Positions 11,053 to 20,602 of a stretch of DNA of 64,000 nt are shown one piece after another (position 1 is the first letter of the stretch; every line of letters starts with the position of its first letter). The notes below the pieces were generated by a model. It saw nothing but the letters and a program-made list of their open reading frames with translations. It ran no database searches and was not told where the DNA came from. The translations under genes were made by a program, and so were the position numbers. The DNA comes from Terrimicrobiaceae bacterium (GTDB taxonomy: Bacteria; Verrucomicrobiota; Verrucomicrobiia; Chthoniobacterales; Terrimicrobiaceae): the NCBI GenBank assembly GCA_041752695.1, contig JBGSVZ010000102.1:1-64000 (forward strand), read 5' to 3'.

Positions 11053-14000
11053 GTGGTGAAGTTCGCCCAAAAATCCCTTGGCCTCCTGGTGCTAGGCTGG
11101 ACGCTTTTCGCGATCCCGTACGCCACGGCGCAGGGTCAGAAATATTCGCAATGGCTGGCGGCAAACGGCCTGCCGACCGACTCTTCGGGCGACGGGGCAC
11201 TGGAGGCCAATCCGTCCGGCGATGGCATTTCAAACCTGGTCAAGTTTGCCCTCGGGCTTGGTGCGGCGGAGTTGGGATATCATGGTAAATTTCTGCCGGA
11301 ACAGACCCTCGAAGGCGGCTCAAGTTATCTTTCATTACGCTACACGAGACCATTCCCCGCCCCTTCCGGAATCGCCTACATCGTCAAGGCGGACTCCCAC
11401 CTCACCGCTTGGAATTCCGACGGCGTGGAGATTGGCAACACCATCACCGGAGACACACAAACGCTGGTATTCCGTGATCCCACAGCCATCTCCGCCACCG
11501 AGGCTAAGCGTTTCATGAGGCTGCAGATTAATGTAACGGCCACGGTCCCATCCAACCAGGCATCCCCGCAAATCTCGGGAACGACCACGATCGGGCAGAC
11601 ACTCACAGCCACAGCAGGCAACTGGACCGACGGGGGTGAGACGCCCGATTTTGATTACCAATGGCTGCGAAACGGCGTGCCGATTCCGGGAGCGAACGCC
11701 CTGAGCTACCAACTGACGGAAGTCGATCTTGGAGCAAGGCTGACCATAAGCGTCCGTGCGCGGAACATTGCCGGGGCCGGCGTAGCCTTGGCGGCCGACG
11801 TCGGCCCCGTGGCGGCCGCGTTCCCCCATATCGTCGTCCGCCCGGATGGATACACCGCGGAGTTGAGTTTTTCCGGACTCTCGCCAGGAGGCACCTACGC
11901 ACTCGCTCCGGACACGCTGCCAAAGGTTCTCCTCTCTGTTTCGTCGCCGGGCTTTGACGACAACGGGATGCCGACAACAATCTCCCGCCAGATGGTGGGC
12001 ACAGTGCCGCTTCGCCAGCCTTACCCGAATCAGACCGCCCCCACAGAGTCCTCCCTTTCCGGCGGAGTCCGGATCACCATCGCCCTTTCCGACCGCGTCT
12101 ATGCCGGGGATACCGTTACCCGATGCGCGCTTCTGTCCGGGGCTTATACGCAGTCCGGCGTGCCTTCCCCGGCAGCGGAACTCACGGCGGAGGCGGGAAC
12201 CGCCCAGAACACCAGCACCTTGGAATACGCGAAGCCCCTCGCCAATTGGCTGGCCTTCCCCCGCGAGCGGGCAGGCAGCGGGAGCACCAGTTTCCCTCTC
12301 GAGGTACTCGCCTTCCATCGCCATCCGCGCGCCGGAAAGCAGGTCGCGTGCGTGGAGTTCATCGCGAGTGACGAACACGGTCAGACCATTTCCGTCACAT
12401 CCTCCGCGATGGTGCGCAGCACCCGGGTGACGACTGGAAATCCCATTGCGGTCTACCGTGCGGCCATTCCGCTGGCTTCTCTCACCCAAGGCGACTTCAT
12501 CACCGTCCGCACGAAAGTTTATCCCTTCCTTGGCGACGCATCCTCGGTGCTCGACAGCGATCCCTCCGCGGACGGGGCGCCCGCCAGTGTTCCCTCGGGA
12601 TTCGCGAACACCACATTCCTCAACGATAAAACCGGGGAATACGGCACCGTCTTCGCCTACGTCAGCCCGACCGGAAGCGATGCCACCGGCGTCGCGTCGG
12701 AAGTTGTCGCGACGGCCTCAGACCGACCCTTCCTCACCATTTCGGCCGCCTCTGTGGCCGTCCGGGCAAGGAACAACGCGCTCTACGGTCGCAACGACCT
12801 GGGAGGCGGTATTGTCCGGCTTGCGGCTGGCACGTACTCGGGATTTGGGTCCGCCAGCCTTCAGACCCTCGGCGCCGGCAAGACATGGTTCACCATTGAG
12901 GCCTCCCCAGGCGAGGGCGCTGAAACCGTGACTTTCCAATCCGGGACACAGAAAAATCCGGGCAACTGGGTGAAATTCCGGAACCTCACCCTGGCCCCGA
13001 CGGCGGCCTCGGGCGCCAATGCGACAGTTCTGGACGCTGTCTCCGATGGTGCGGTGGATGGTCCCCCCGTGATCTACGGTGCCTACGAGGGCTTGAAAAT
13101 CGCCGGACTAACCGGGAACGCTCCGATCATCTCACGGGTCGGTCTCCGATATTTCATCGGGTGCGAAATGACGGATCTCGGCCGGTCACTCAATGCCAGT
13201 TTCGGATCCAATCGCGAACACACTCCGCTGCTGGCCGGTTGCACCCTCAGCTACACCACGCAAATCCCCTCGGGCGGCCTGGGCACACCGACATGGACCA
13301 ATGTGGGAAACATCCTCCGCAAGGGGTTCTATTTCACCGACCCCCAAGCCACAGCCGGCACCGCTCCGGGATCCACCCGCGTGGTCCCGGCAAAAGCGGC
13401 CATCCTTGCCTTCAACTCGGTGCAGGGAGCGGTAACAACCTCCGCATTTGGCTTCAAACAGGCCACCACCCCAGGCGGCGGACTGGCCATCGTTCAGAAC
13501 GTCATTGAAATGATCACCAATTCCAGTTCTCCCTGTTTCAGCGTAGCGGCTGACGGGGCCCTGTTCGCCATGGACAACATCGTGGTTCAACACATGACCG
13601 CCGTCGGCGCGAGGACGAACTACCTATATAACGACTCCGGTACCAGCGCGGTTCCGAAAAACGGCACACTCGCCTACTCGATTCTGAACCAGTACAACTG
13701 CAAGACCGACACATTCTCCAATCCCACACAGGGGCCAAACGGCGTGCGTGTCGGAAACTGGGAACCCCACCACGGCATTGGGCAAATCGGTAACATCTAC
13801 CAAACACCAGCCGCCAACGGCCCCGCGGCACCCTACACCGGCCCCACCTCCTGGAATGGCATGTATCTCGGCCGGAACGTCAAAGTTCTGGGCAACGCCG
13901 CTTTCCAGACAGATCGCAGCCTCACGGGCACAAATGAGGGCGGCGGAGACTACCGACTCGGAACGGCTTCCGATGCGAGAAATCGCGTTCCGGCAGGTTC

Positions 14001-14079
14001 TGCTGTCCTGCCATTCGACCTCGACGGCACTCCACGGCGCAATGACGGCACCGGAGCCGCGGGCGCGTACGAATATTAA
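11053..14079 (+). CDS. large secreted protein of unknown function (ORF open from 10894; start placed at the GTG before the signal peptide)
   Basis: KFAQKSLGLLVLGWTLFAIPYATAQ signal; N-terminal NPSGDGISNLVKFALG...RFMRL module; Ig-like PQISGTTTIGQTLTA...YQWLRNG domain; beta-rich body ending DLDGTPR...GAYE. Confidence 0.75.
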   Translation: MVKFAQKSLGLLVLGWTLFAIPYATAQGQKYSQWLAANGLPTDSSGDGALEANPSGDGISNLVKFALGLGAAELGYHGKFLPEQTLEGGSSYLSLRYTRPFPAPSGIAYIVKADSHLTAWNSDGVEIGNTITGDTQTLVFRDPTAISATEAKRFMRLQINVTATVPSNQASPQISGTTTIGQTLTATAGNWTDGGETPDFDYQWLRNGVPIPGANALSYQLTEVDLGARLTISVRARNIAGAGVALAADVGPVAAAFPHIVVRPDGYTAELSFSGLSPGGTYALAPDTLPKVLLSVSSPGFDDNGMPTTISRQMVGTVPLRQPYPNQTAPTESSLSGGVRITIALSDRVYAGDTVTRCALLSGAYTQSGVPSPAAELTAEAGTAQNTSTLEYAKPLANWLAFPRERAGSGSTSFPLEVLAFHRHPRAGKQVACVEFIASDEHGQTISVTSSAMVRSTRVTTGNPIAVYRAAIPLASLTQGDFITVRTKVYPFLGDASSVLDSDPSADGAPASVPSGFANTTFLNDKTGEYGTVFAYVSPTGSDATGVASEVVATASDRPFLTISAASVAVRARNNALYGRNDLGGGIVRLAAGTYSGFGSASLQTLGAGKTWFTIEASPGEGAETVTFQSGTQKNPGNWVKFRNLTLAPTAASGANATVLDAVSDGAVDGPPVIYGAYEGLKIAGLTGNAPIISRVGLRYFIGCEMTDLGRSLNASFGSNREHTPLLAGCTLSYTTQIPSGGLGTPTWTNVGNILRKGFYFTDPQATAGTAPGSTRVVPAKAAILAFNSVQGAVTTSAFGFKQATTPGGGLAIVQNVIEMITNSSSPCFSVAADGALFAMDNIVVQHMTAVGARTNYLYNDSGTSAVPKNGTLAYSILNQYNCKTDTFSNPTQGPNGVRVGNWEPHHGIGQIGNIYQTPAANGPAAPYTGPTSWNGMYLGRNVKVLGNAAFQTDRSLTGTNEGGGDYRLGTASDARNRVPAGSAVLPFDLDGTPRRNDGTGAAGAYEY

Positions 14080-14145
14080 CGAAGGTGTCGAACAATGCCC
14101 GTTGTTCGGAAAAACGGAGTCGGTGCCACGAGGCCGGGTGCGGCC

Positions 14146-15246
14146 TTATTTCCTCAATAACTCCGCCCTCACCTTGCGAGACCTGTCCCGATGAGCGTCA
14201 TCGGTGAGGATCCCGCTCTCCTCCAGCATCTGCCCGATCGGTAGCCCAGGATCATTGGACCAGAAGATCCCGTAGTCCTCCGTCTCGGAATACCGGAACC
14301 CGACCTTAGCCCCGTATCGTTCGCGCAGCGCATCACCATTCCGCAGCGCCGTCTGCCAGTGGACAATACGGTAATCGAGATCGATCTCGCACGTGACGAC
14401 GCCTTCCTTCGTGGTTTGAGCAATAATTTCGCCCAGGGGATCAAAGACGGACGCATTGTTCCGGGGCGTCGAGGAAACAATATACAGACCAAAGCGTCGC
14501 GCGTTGAGACGTGGAACCACCGTCTGCGGGGACATCGTTGGCCAAAGGATAAGATCAACGTCATCCTTCTCATAGGCCTCAAAGCCATCGACAAATCCCA
14601 TGTCATAACAAATCAGCATTCCAATACGCCCGAAGTCCGTCTGAAAAACCGGAAAATCGTCCCCTGGTTTTTTGCCGCCTTCCAAAGTTTTCCGATCCAA
14701 GTCAGCCACGCCAAAGACCTTGCGGTAAATCCCCGCGACCGCACCCTGACGGTCAAAAAGAACCGCCGCATTGGAAACCGTGCCGGCACCATCTTCCTCC
14801 AGCAAATTAAAACACACCACAAGGTAGGTTTGATGACGGCGGGCCATCGCACCAAGGGCTTGCCGGACTTTTGCATCAAGCGGAACCGCCCGCGCCGCCA
14901 TCTCACGACCATCCCGCGGTGAGTTGAGCGAATTCTCGGGAAACACTGCGATATCAAGCTGCCTGCCATGTTCGGTCCGGGCCGATTCCGCCATATCATC
15001 CAACCGCCGTCCGATCTCTTCCAACCGGTGGTCCAGACCCGCGTAGGGCTTATCTTTTGGGAAAATCGAAAAGATGGTGGTGCCCACAACAACCTTCCGA
15101 GGCCCGCCGGTCCGGTACATTTTTTCTGCACGATGTGTCTCATCCATAAACTTTTCTTTCGCAATCAGCGGGCTTTCCGTCCGGGCACTCCACGGAACAA
15201 ACACGGCCAGCAAAACAGCCAGCCCCATGGTGTTCCGACCTCTCAT
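14146..15246 (-). CDS. secreted carbon-nitrogen hydrolase (nitrilase superfamily)
   Basis: E-K-C triad contexts VFPENSL, YRKVF and GMLICYD; N-terminal signal peptide. Confidence 0.88.
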   Translation of the reverse strand: MRGRNTMGLAVLLAVFVPWSARTESPLIAKEKFMDETHRAEKMYRTGGPRKVVVGTTIFSIFPKDKPYAGLDHRLEEIGRRLDDMAESARTEHGRQLDIAVFPENSLNSPRDGREMAARAVPLDAKVRQALGAMARRHQTYLVVCFNLLEEDGAGTVSNAAVLFDRQGAVAGIYRKVFGVADLDRKTLEGGKKPGDDFPVFQTDFGRIGMLICYDMGFVDGFEAYEKDDVDLILWPTMSPQTVVPRLNARRFGLYIVSSTPRNNASVFDPLGEIIAQTTKEGVVTCEIDLDYRIVHWQTALRNGDALRERYGAKVGFRYSETEDYGIFWSNDPGLPIGQMLEESGILTDDAHRDRSRKVRAELLRK

Positions 15247-15809
15247 TCTCCCGGATGAAGAATAAGATCTGACAATTCCACCACGTCCTTTTGACGATCC
15301 TTGTAACGGAAACCGAAAACAATCTCAGTAATCGGATACTGGATGGAATTTTCCGCATTCATCGCCTTTTTGGCGATGGAGACAAAGTCGAGTGAGTAGG
15401 CTTCCCCGGCCTCTGATACGAGGGGGAAGCTAATGGAGGGTGCAGAGGGCGATTTGGTCGGTCCACGGACACCGATTCTCCAATTCCCCGCATTTCCTTT
15501 GGCCAGGAAAGTCAATCGCCCGAGAGGGCCCCCGAACGCATCCACCTTAAACGCGACGTTTCCGCCTCCCTCTCCATTTGGGTATTCTACAGATATGATC
15601 GTACCGTTCCCGCCGGCATTCCCCGTGACCGTGATCAAAGCCCCGTCTCGCGAGGAGATTTTCGGCTGGGCCGTTAAGTCAACGGGGGTCTGCCCCCAGG
15701 TAATTCCCTGACCCAGGAACACAAAACACAGCACCGCACGCCGTGGCAGACCCCGCAATGCCGCCGTGAAGATGCTTTTAGCGAAGACGTTAACCCCAAG
15801 CGAAAGCAT
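15243..15809 (-). CDS. hypothetical secreted protein, possibly a carbohydrate-binding-like beta domain (start uncertain; ORF open to 16040)
   Basis: Signal-like RRAVLCFVFLGQGITWG segment; stop overlaps the start of the nitrilase gene (ATGA). Confidence 0.55.
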   Translation of the reverse strand: MLSLGVNVFAKSIFTAALRGLPRRAVLCFVFLGQGITWGQTPVDLTAQPKISSRDGALITVTGNAGGNGTIISVEYPNGEGGGNVAFKVDAFGGPLGRLTFLAKGNAGNWRIGVRGPTKSPSAPSISFPLVSEAGEAYSLDFVSIAKKAMNAENSIQYPITEIVFGFRYKDRQKDVVELSDLILHPGE

Positions 15810-16035
15810 CCGCAGCACAGTGATGCCGACGACCAGGCAGGGCGGCCGAAGCTCGCTTTCGTTTCTGAAAGGCATATCAAAGCTATGATATTGCACCTCT
15901 GGACAACGGTCAACGGCTTTCGCCTTGCCGGACTCGTCTATCGCCCCGAGGGTGAAAACGGTTGCGGGCCGCATCTCGCCAGAGAAACGATCGCGCGCGT
16001 TTACGCCGCCGGCGGCCTTTCGGAGTTTGACGCGC

Positions 16036-16049
16036 ATCAAATATGTGAT
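16036..16049. promoter_or_regulatory. operator copy 3, ATCAAATATGTGAT
   Basis: One arm mismatch to ATCACA-N2-TGTGAT, 17 bp upstream of the 16067 ATG. Confidence 0.6.
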
Positions 16050-16066
16050 TATTGACTCTTTGACCC

Positions 16067-18034
16067 ATGAACTTTTCCCCCGCAGCGTTCCGTTTCCGGT
16101 CCGACCTCGTTTTATTTTTTATTCTGTTGCTCACACTTCCGGGAATCGGCTCAGCTGGCGCCAGGACCTACTTCGTGGACTTTGATGCAGGGTCGGATTC
16201 GCATTCCGGTCTCGAGCAGGGCAAGGCCTGGAAACACTCGCCTGGCGACCCCCAGGCGGAGAACGTGGCTGCCACGGCAGAATTGAAACCCGGCGACGTG
16301 ATGCAGTTCCGCGGGGGCGTCGTCTATCGCGGTAACGTCGTTGTTCCCGCCAGCGGAAACGAAGAACAGCCGATTGTATTTAAGGGGCGTGGCTGGGGCG
16401 AGGGTCGGGCGATCTTGGATGGGGCCGAACCCATCAACGGATGGAGGCCCTGCACTTCTCCGGCCGAGGCGCTGGGCAATCCTAATTTTGCCAACCTCTT
16501 TTACGCCGAGATTGAGACCGCGTCCCCCTTCGCGCTGAACCTCCACGAGAAGGTGCCCGAGGGAAAGGATGAGTTTCTCTGGATGGCGCAGGAACCAAAT
16601 CCGGCGGAGCCGTTTTTCCATGACCGCATCGATTCGTTTCATCCGGTAAACCGGGAAAACCTGACGACATCCACGATTGTTGCCCCTGAAGTCTTCACAT
16701 CCCAGGACCCAAACTATTACGAGGGGGCCAGCGTCCTGATCTGGATGAGTCCCAATTGGACGAAACGCTTCGAGATTCAAGGCTATGATCCTGCCAGTCA
16801 CCAGATCACGTTTTCGCCGTTTCCCGAAAGTGGACTCTATCCCGACAAGCGCGCTCAGTACTTTGCGATCTACAACGCACCAAGCGCCATTGATCGACCG
16901 GGGGAGTATGCGGTTGGCAAACTCGAAGCCAGCGGAAAGCGCCGCCTTTTGCTTTGGCCGCGTTCCCCCGCCAGTCTCGAGGGGCGCATCTCGCTCTCGG
17001 TTCGCAGGCAGGGCTTCACCCTGGGGACTCAAAGCCACATCACCATCGAAGGTTTTGACATTCAAAAATTCGGAGGCGAAACCGACCAAGACGGTAGCGG
17101 CATTGCCGGCCTTTCGCCCGCCCGCACCCCACGCCATGGCTACATCATCCGCGACAACCGCATCTCCCATATCTTCTCCGGAGAAAGGGGCTACGGAGGC
17201 ATCTATCTGGACAAAACCAACGGAGCCCTGATCGAGAACAATGAGATCGATTGGACCAACAGCCATCGCTCGATTTTTGTGACGGACAGCGAAAACATCA
17301 TCATACGCAATAATCGCGTGTCCTACGCCGGGCGCACCTCCGTGGTGATGTACACCTGCAAGCGATCCCAAATTATTAATAATCGGATTTCCCATGTCTT
17401 CGGCACGCATGCCAATGCCCTCACGCTTTACATCGCCTGTGAGAACATCCTGGTGGCCGGGAATCACATCACCAACGCGACGACACCGATCACTTTTCAG
17501 GACAGCGGTCCCTTGTATTTTTTCAACAATGTCCTCGATGGCGGAGGAAAGTATAAAAACGTCAGTGAATGGCCCAACACCAAGCGCGGGCCCTGGACCG
17601 TTGGACGAATCGTCTTTCTGAACAATACCATTGTGAACGCGGATAAGGATGCCGCTCTGAGCCTCGGAGTCGATTCCGCAAAGACTTACATCGTCATCAA
17701 CAACATCCTCGACGGCCTGGCGTTGAAGACCGCCGAGGATGCTACCACATCCATCATTCATACCCACAACATCTTCACCGGTCTGGCCAACTCCCAGAGT
17801 GCCCGCTATGGCTGGGTGGACGGAGAGGGGGAAAAGGTCGTCGATAACCTTGCCGAAATTCTCGTCAACCCTGAAGCGGGGGACTTCCAGCTCAAGCCAG
17901 GGGGCCCGGCGATTGGAACAGGTGTGGCGGTGGAACAGTATTACCCCAGGGATGTCTTCCCCGAGGTGGACTTTCCTGCAATCAGCGGTGCAACCAAACC
18001 GATGAACATTGGGGCCACGCTGCCCGCAGAATAG
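16067..18034 (+). CDS. secreted right-handed parallel beta-helix protein (pectin lyase-like fold)
   Basis: Signal peptide; TYFVDFDAGSD...AWKHSPGDP; repeated I.NN.I beta-helix turns; GDFQLKPGGPAIG C-terminus. Confidence 0.85.
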   Translation: MNFSPAAFRFRSDLVLFFILLLTLPGIGSAGARTYFVDFDAGSDSHSGLEQGKAWKHSPGDPQAENVAATAELKPGDVMQFRGGVVYRGNVVVPASGNEEQPIVFKGRGWGEGRAILDGAEPINGWRPCTSPAEALGNPNFANLFYAEIETASPFALNLHEKVPEGKDEFLWMAQEPNPAEPFFHDRIDSFHPVNRENLTTSTIVAPEVFTSQDPNYYEGASVLIWMSPNWTKRFEIQGYDPASHQITFSPFPESGLYPDKRAQYFAIYNAPSAIDRPGEYAVGKLEASGKRRLLLWPRSPASLEGRISLSVRRQGFTLGTQSHITIEGFDIQKFGGETDQDGSGIAGLSPARTPRHGYIIRDNRISHIFSGERGYGGIYLDKTNGALIENNEIDWTNSHRSIFVTDSENIIIRNNRVSYAGRTSVVMYTCKRSQIINNRISHVFGTHANALTLYIACENILVAGNHITNATTPITFQDSGPLYFFNNVLDGGGKYKNVSEWPNTKRGPWTVGRIVFLNNTIVNADKDAALSLGVDSAKTYIVINNILDGLALKTAEDATTSIIHTHNIFTGLANSQSARYGWVDGEGEKVVDNLAEILVNPEAGDFQLKPGGPAIGTGVAVEQYYPRDVFPEVDFPAISGATKPMNIGATLPAE

Positions 18035-18182
18035 GCACAGGCTAGAGCGGCGGTCGCCCTGTCGCGGACTCGGGGCGTACACGTTTTCCCCATCGTGGCG
18101 GCCGCAATCGCATCGGGCTGGATCACGAAATTTGGCCCCTAATGACTTTCCAACATCCAAGGAAAGTGATCGTGACGGGGCG

Positions 18183-18322
18183 TTAGAGCGTTTTCGCTAA
18201 TATTGTCACGAATTAGCAGGACCCCGGTAGGGGCGGCACACCGTTGCCGTCCTCCGGCCGCTGAGGTCAGCGGCCCCCACCAAGCCGTTTGTAAAAGCGA
18301 CATCCTTTCTCAAATGTCCTAA
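18183..18322. repeat. possible MITE / REP-doublet in intergenic DNA
   Basis: Ends TTAGAGCGTTT ... AAATGTCCTAA (imperfect inverted); internal GTAG+hairpin at 18227-18252 and a second hairpin GGCCGCTGA-GG-TCAGCGGCC followed by CCCAC. Confidence 0.4.
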
Positions 18323-18467
18323 GGAGGTCTGCCCAAAGCGGGGCTAACCCCGGGTTTCTTCACTAGGAATGGCACGGATCAGGGTTCACACCAATTGTAC
18401 CAGGATCAAAGGCCGGCATCAAACCGCGACGGGAGAGGGTTGAAAGGGAATCAAGAACACCATTCCG

Positions 18468-18504
18468 AAAAAAAACTCCGCCGGAACCCCAGGGACCGGC
18501 GGAG
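18468..18504 (-). terminator. intrinsic terminator of the PEP-CTERM gene
   Basis: 9-bp stem CTCCGCCGG/CCGGCGGAG followed on the minus strand by T8. Confidence 0.8.
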
Positions 18505-18584
18505 CTTCTTTACAAAATCAGGTCAACCTCGGAACCTGATCACTCCAGAGGGGCAAACATTGGCTCCGGTCAGAATCAATCGAC

Positions 18585-20423
18585 CTAACGACGGCGGCGG
18601 AGCACCAGGGCCATTGACCCCAAGCCCACCAGCACCCACGTCCCAGGCTCAGGGACCACGGTGTAAGTAAGGTCAATCGTTGAGCCGCCCGAGTTGTAGC
18701 TCAAAGTCGGGGTGCCCGAAATTCCCGCGCCCAACGTGCCGATTGTCAACCCTGTGGTGATCCCACCAGAGGTGAGCGTGACGCCGCTATCGCTGTAGAA
18801 TTGGAAAAGGCTCACCGTGTAAGTGCCTGCCACCTGTGGCCCGGACAGCGTCAGATTGATGGCGTTGGAATTGAGCAGGACATCACCGCCCGAAAAGTTC
18901 CAGAAATCGATCGTATCGGCCGAGGCGCCGTTTCCGCCCAGCTCAAACGTGAAGGAAGCCCCCCCCGCCATGTTCAGGACACGATTTGATGTTCCGGTCA
19001 TATTCGCACCGTCCAACACCAGGGATTCGATACCGTTTGAACCGGGGGCGATGCTCCCGCCATTTTGAACAAGAACCATGTTCGAATTGGTCTGGGAATT
19101 GTTACCGGCAATCCGCCCGGTCCCGGCCAAGGCGGCACCACCTGCGACCTGAAAATGGCCGGACAAAGTACTTCCATAGCCCTGCCCAGTCACCGCAGCC
19201 CCATCGACGTGAGAGCCATTGATAATCAGCGTCCCCGCACTGACGAGCGTTTGCCCAGTGTAGGTATTAGCCCCGCTCAGAATCTGCGTTGTGCTTCCGT
19301 CTTTGGTCACACCGACGGCACCAAAAGCCCCGTTCTCGATGACGCCCGAGAACGTTGACGTCCCGGTGGCCACCCCGCCATTGACAGTCAGAGTGGCAAG
19401 ATTGGCTCCGCTCCCCTGGCCGGAATCAATCGTTCCGCTTCCGACCAAGCTGGCGACGGTTTGGCTGTTGACGGCACTGCCAAGATTTCCCATTCGCATC
19501 CGTCCATTGACCGTCAGGTCGGTGGTTGCTGCAAAAGCGTTGGAATTGCTGAAGTGTGCGGCAACATTGCTGCCGATCACGACATCACTCGCAATCGCAC
19601 CGGCGCCACTGCCCAGGAGAACACGAACGGTCCCGCTGGCGTTTCCATTGACCAAAGCGAGCGTTCCGGACCCCGCGACTGAGGACGTAGCACCAAGCGC
19701 CATGGCATTGACTGAACCATCGGTCAGGGAGTTTTGAACACTTATCGTGCGCGTCGCGCTGCCGACATTGATCGCTCCGCCCCATGTGATACCGCCACTG
19801 ACAAGCGTGCTTCCGACGCCCAGATCGCCGTTGAGATTGAGGTTGTTGCTCAGCGTAAATCCAGAACCAGACGTCGAGCGGATGCGAATGCCGCTGGACG
19901 CCACCGACAGCGTGCTATTGCCGAAAACAGTGGATGAAGCGATTCGGATGCCTCCTCCCCCACCAAGCGAAAGAGTGCTTGAACCCATGCTGGCTCCACT
20001 CGCATTGCGTAGTTCCAACTCCCGCCCTGACGCGATCGTAATCGCTTGGTCCGTGCTGTAGTCCACTGCGTTGTCGATCCGGAAATCGATCGTGGCCGCA
20101 CTCATATCGATGCCGGAGCTGCCTAGAGTCAGTACAGTGCCGACAGTCGCCGAAATGTTCGATTGCGTGCCCCCGGCATTGGTGACGCGAATTCCCTGCC
20201 ATGAGGTGTTTGCCCCCAACGCGGCATTCCGGTTGACGGTGACAGTGCTATCCCAGATCGCAATATCTCCAGATCCCGGCACCGCGCCGCCCACCCACGA
20301 GCCGGGTAGATTTAACGCAGTCGCATTGTCAGCTTTGGAACTGTCCGCGTTAAGCGAAGCTCCGCAGGAGCTGAAGAGGGCCAGGGAGGCAAGCGTACGG
20401 ATTGGGATAGTCGTGATTTTCAT
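18585..20423 (-). CDS. PEP-CTERM surface protein with autotransporter-associated beta-strand repeat
   Basis: TKDGSTTQILSGANTYTGQTLVSAGTL repeat; C-terminal VVPEPGTWVLVGLGSMALVLRRRR. Confidence 0.93.
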   Translation of the reverse strand: MKITTIPIRTLASLALFSSCGASLNADSSKADNATALNLPGSWVGGAVPGSGDIAIWDSTVTVNRNAALGANTSWQGIRVTNAGGTQSNISATVGTVLTLGSSGIDMSAATIDFRIDNAVDYSTDQAITIASGRELELRNASGASMGSSTLSLGGGGGIRIASSTVFGNSTLSVASSGIRIRSTSGSGFTLSNNLNLNGDLGVGSTLVSGGITWGGAINVGSATRTISVQNSLTDGSVNAMALGATSSVAGSGTLALVNGNASGTVRVLLGSGAGAIASDVVIGSNVAAHFSNSNAFAATTDLTVNGRMRMGNLGSAVNSQTVASLVGSGTIDSGQGSGANLATLTVNGGVATGTSTFSGVIENGAFGAVGVTKDGSTTQILSGANTYTGQTLVSAGTLIINGSHVDGAAVTGQGYGSTLSGHFQVAGGAALAGTGRIAGNNSQTNSNMVLVQNGGSIAPGSNGIESLVLDGANMTGTSNRVLNMAGGASFTFELGGNGASADTIDFWNFSGGDVLLNSNAINLTLSGPQVAGTYTVSLFQFYSDSGVTLTSGGITTGLTIGTLGAGISGTPTLSYNSGGSTIDLTYTVVPEPGTWVLVGLGSMALVLRRRR

Positions 20424-20452
20424 GGGGAAGAATCGAAGTGAGGCAAAACCTA

Positions 20453-20509
20453 ATCAAATGTGTGATATGCACAAGGAATTTATCATCAGTTTGCAATCAC
20501 ACTTGTGAC
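20453..20509. promoter_or_regulatory. operator copies 4 and 5 (ATCAAATGTGTGAT at 20453-20466; ATCACACTTGTGAC at 20496-20509)
   Basis: Two near-consensus palindromes upstream of the PEP-CTERM gene. Confidence 0.65.
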
Positions 20510-20602
20510 CAAATTTACCAACACTTCGGGAAATCAATCCCGCTCTCGCAGGGTAAGCAAGGCCGCGCGGTCTGCTCGGAGGCTCCTGACGAAGGGACCA
20601 GC

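Noticed and set aside
16151..18160. 669-aa antisense ORF, and similar long shadows at 1458-2933, 9370-10704, 30072-31541, 31919-33718 and 62084-63508
   Set aside because: They lie opposite well-supported genes and have no recognisable motifs; long antisense frames are expected in high-GC coding DNA.
10774..20509. TGTGA/TCACA motif as a CRP or FNR site
   Set aside because: Half-site order is inverted and the spacer is 2 bp rather than 6 (CRP); it does not match TTGAT-N4-ATCAA (FNR).
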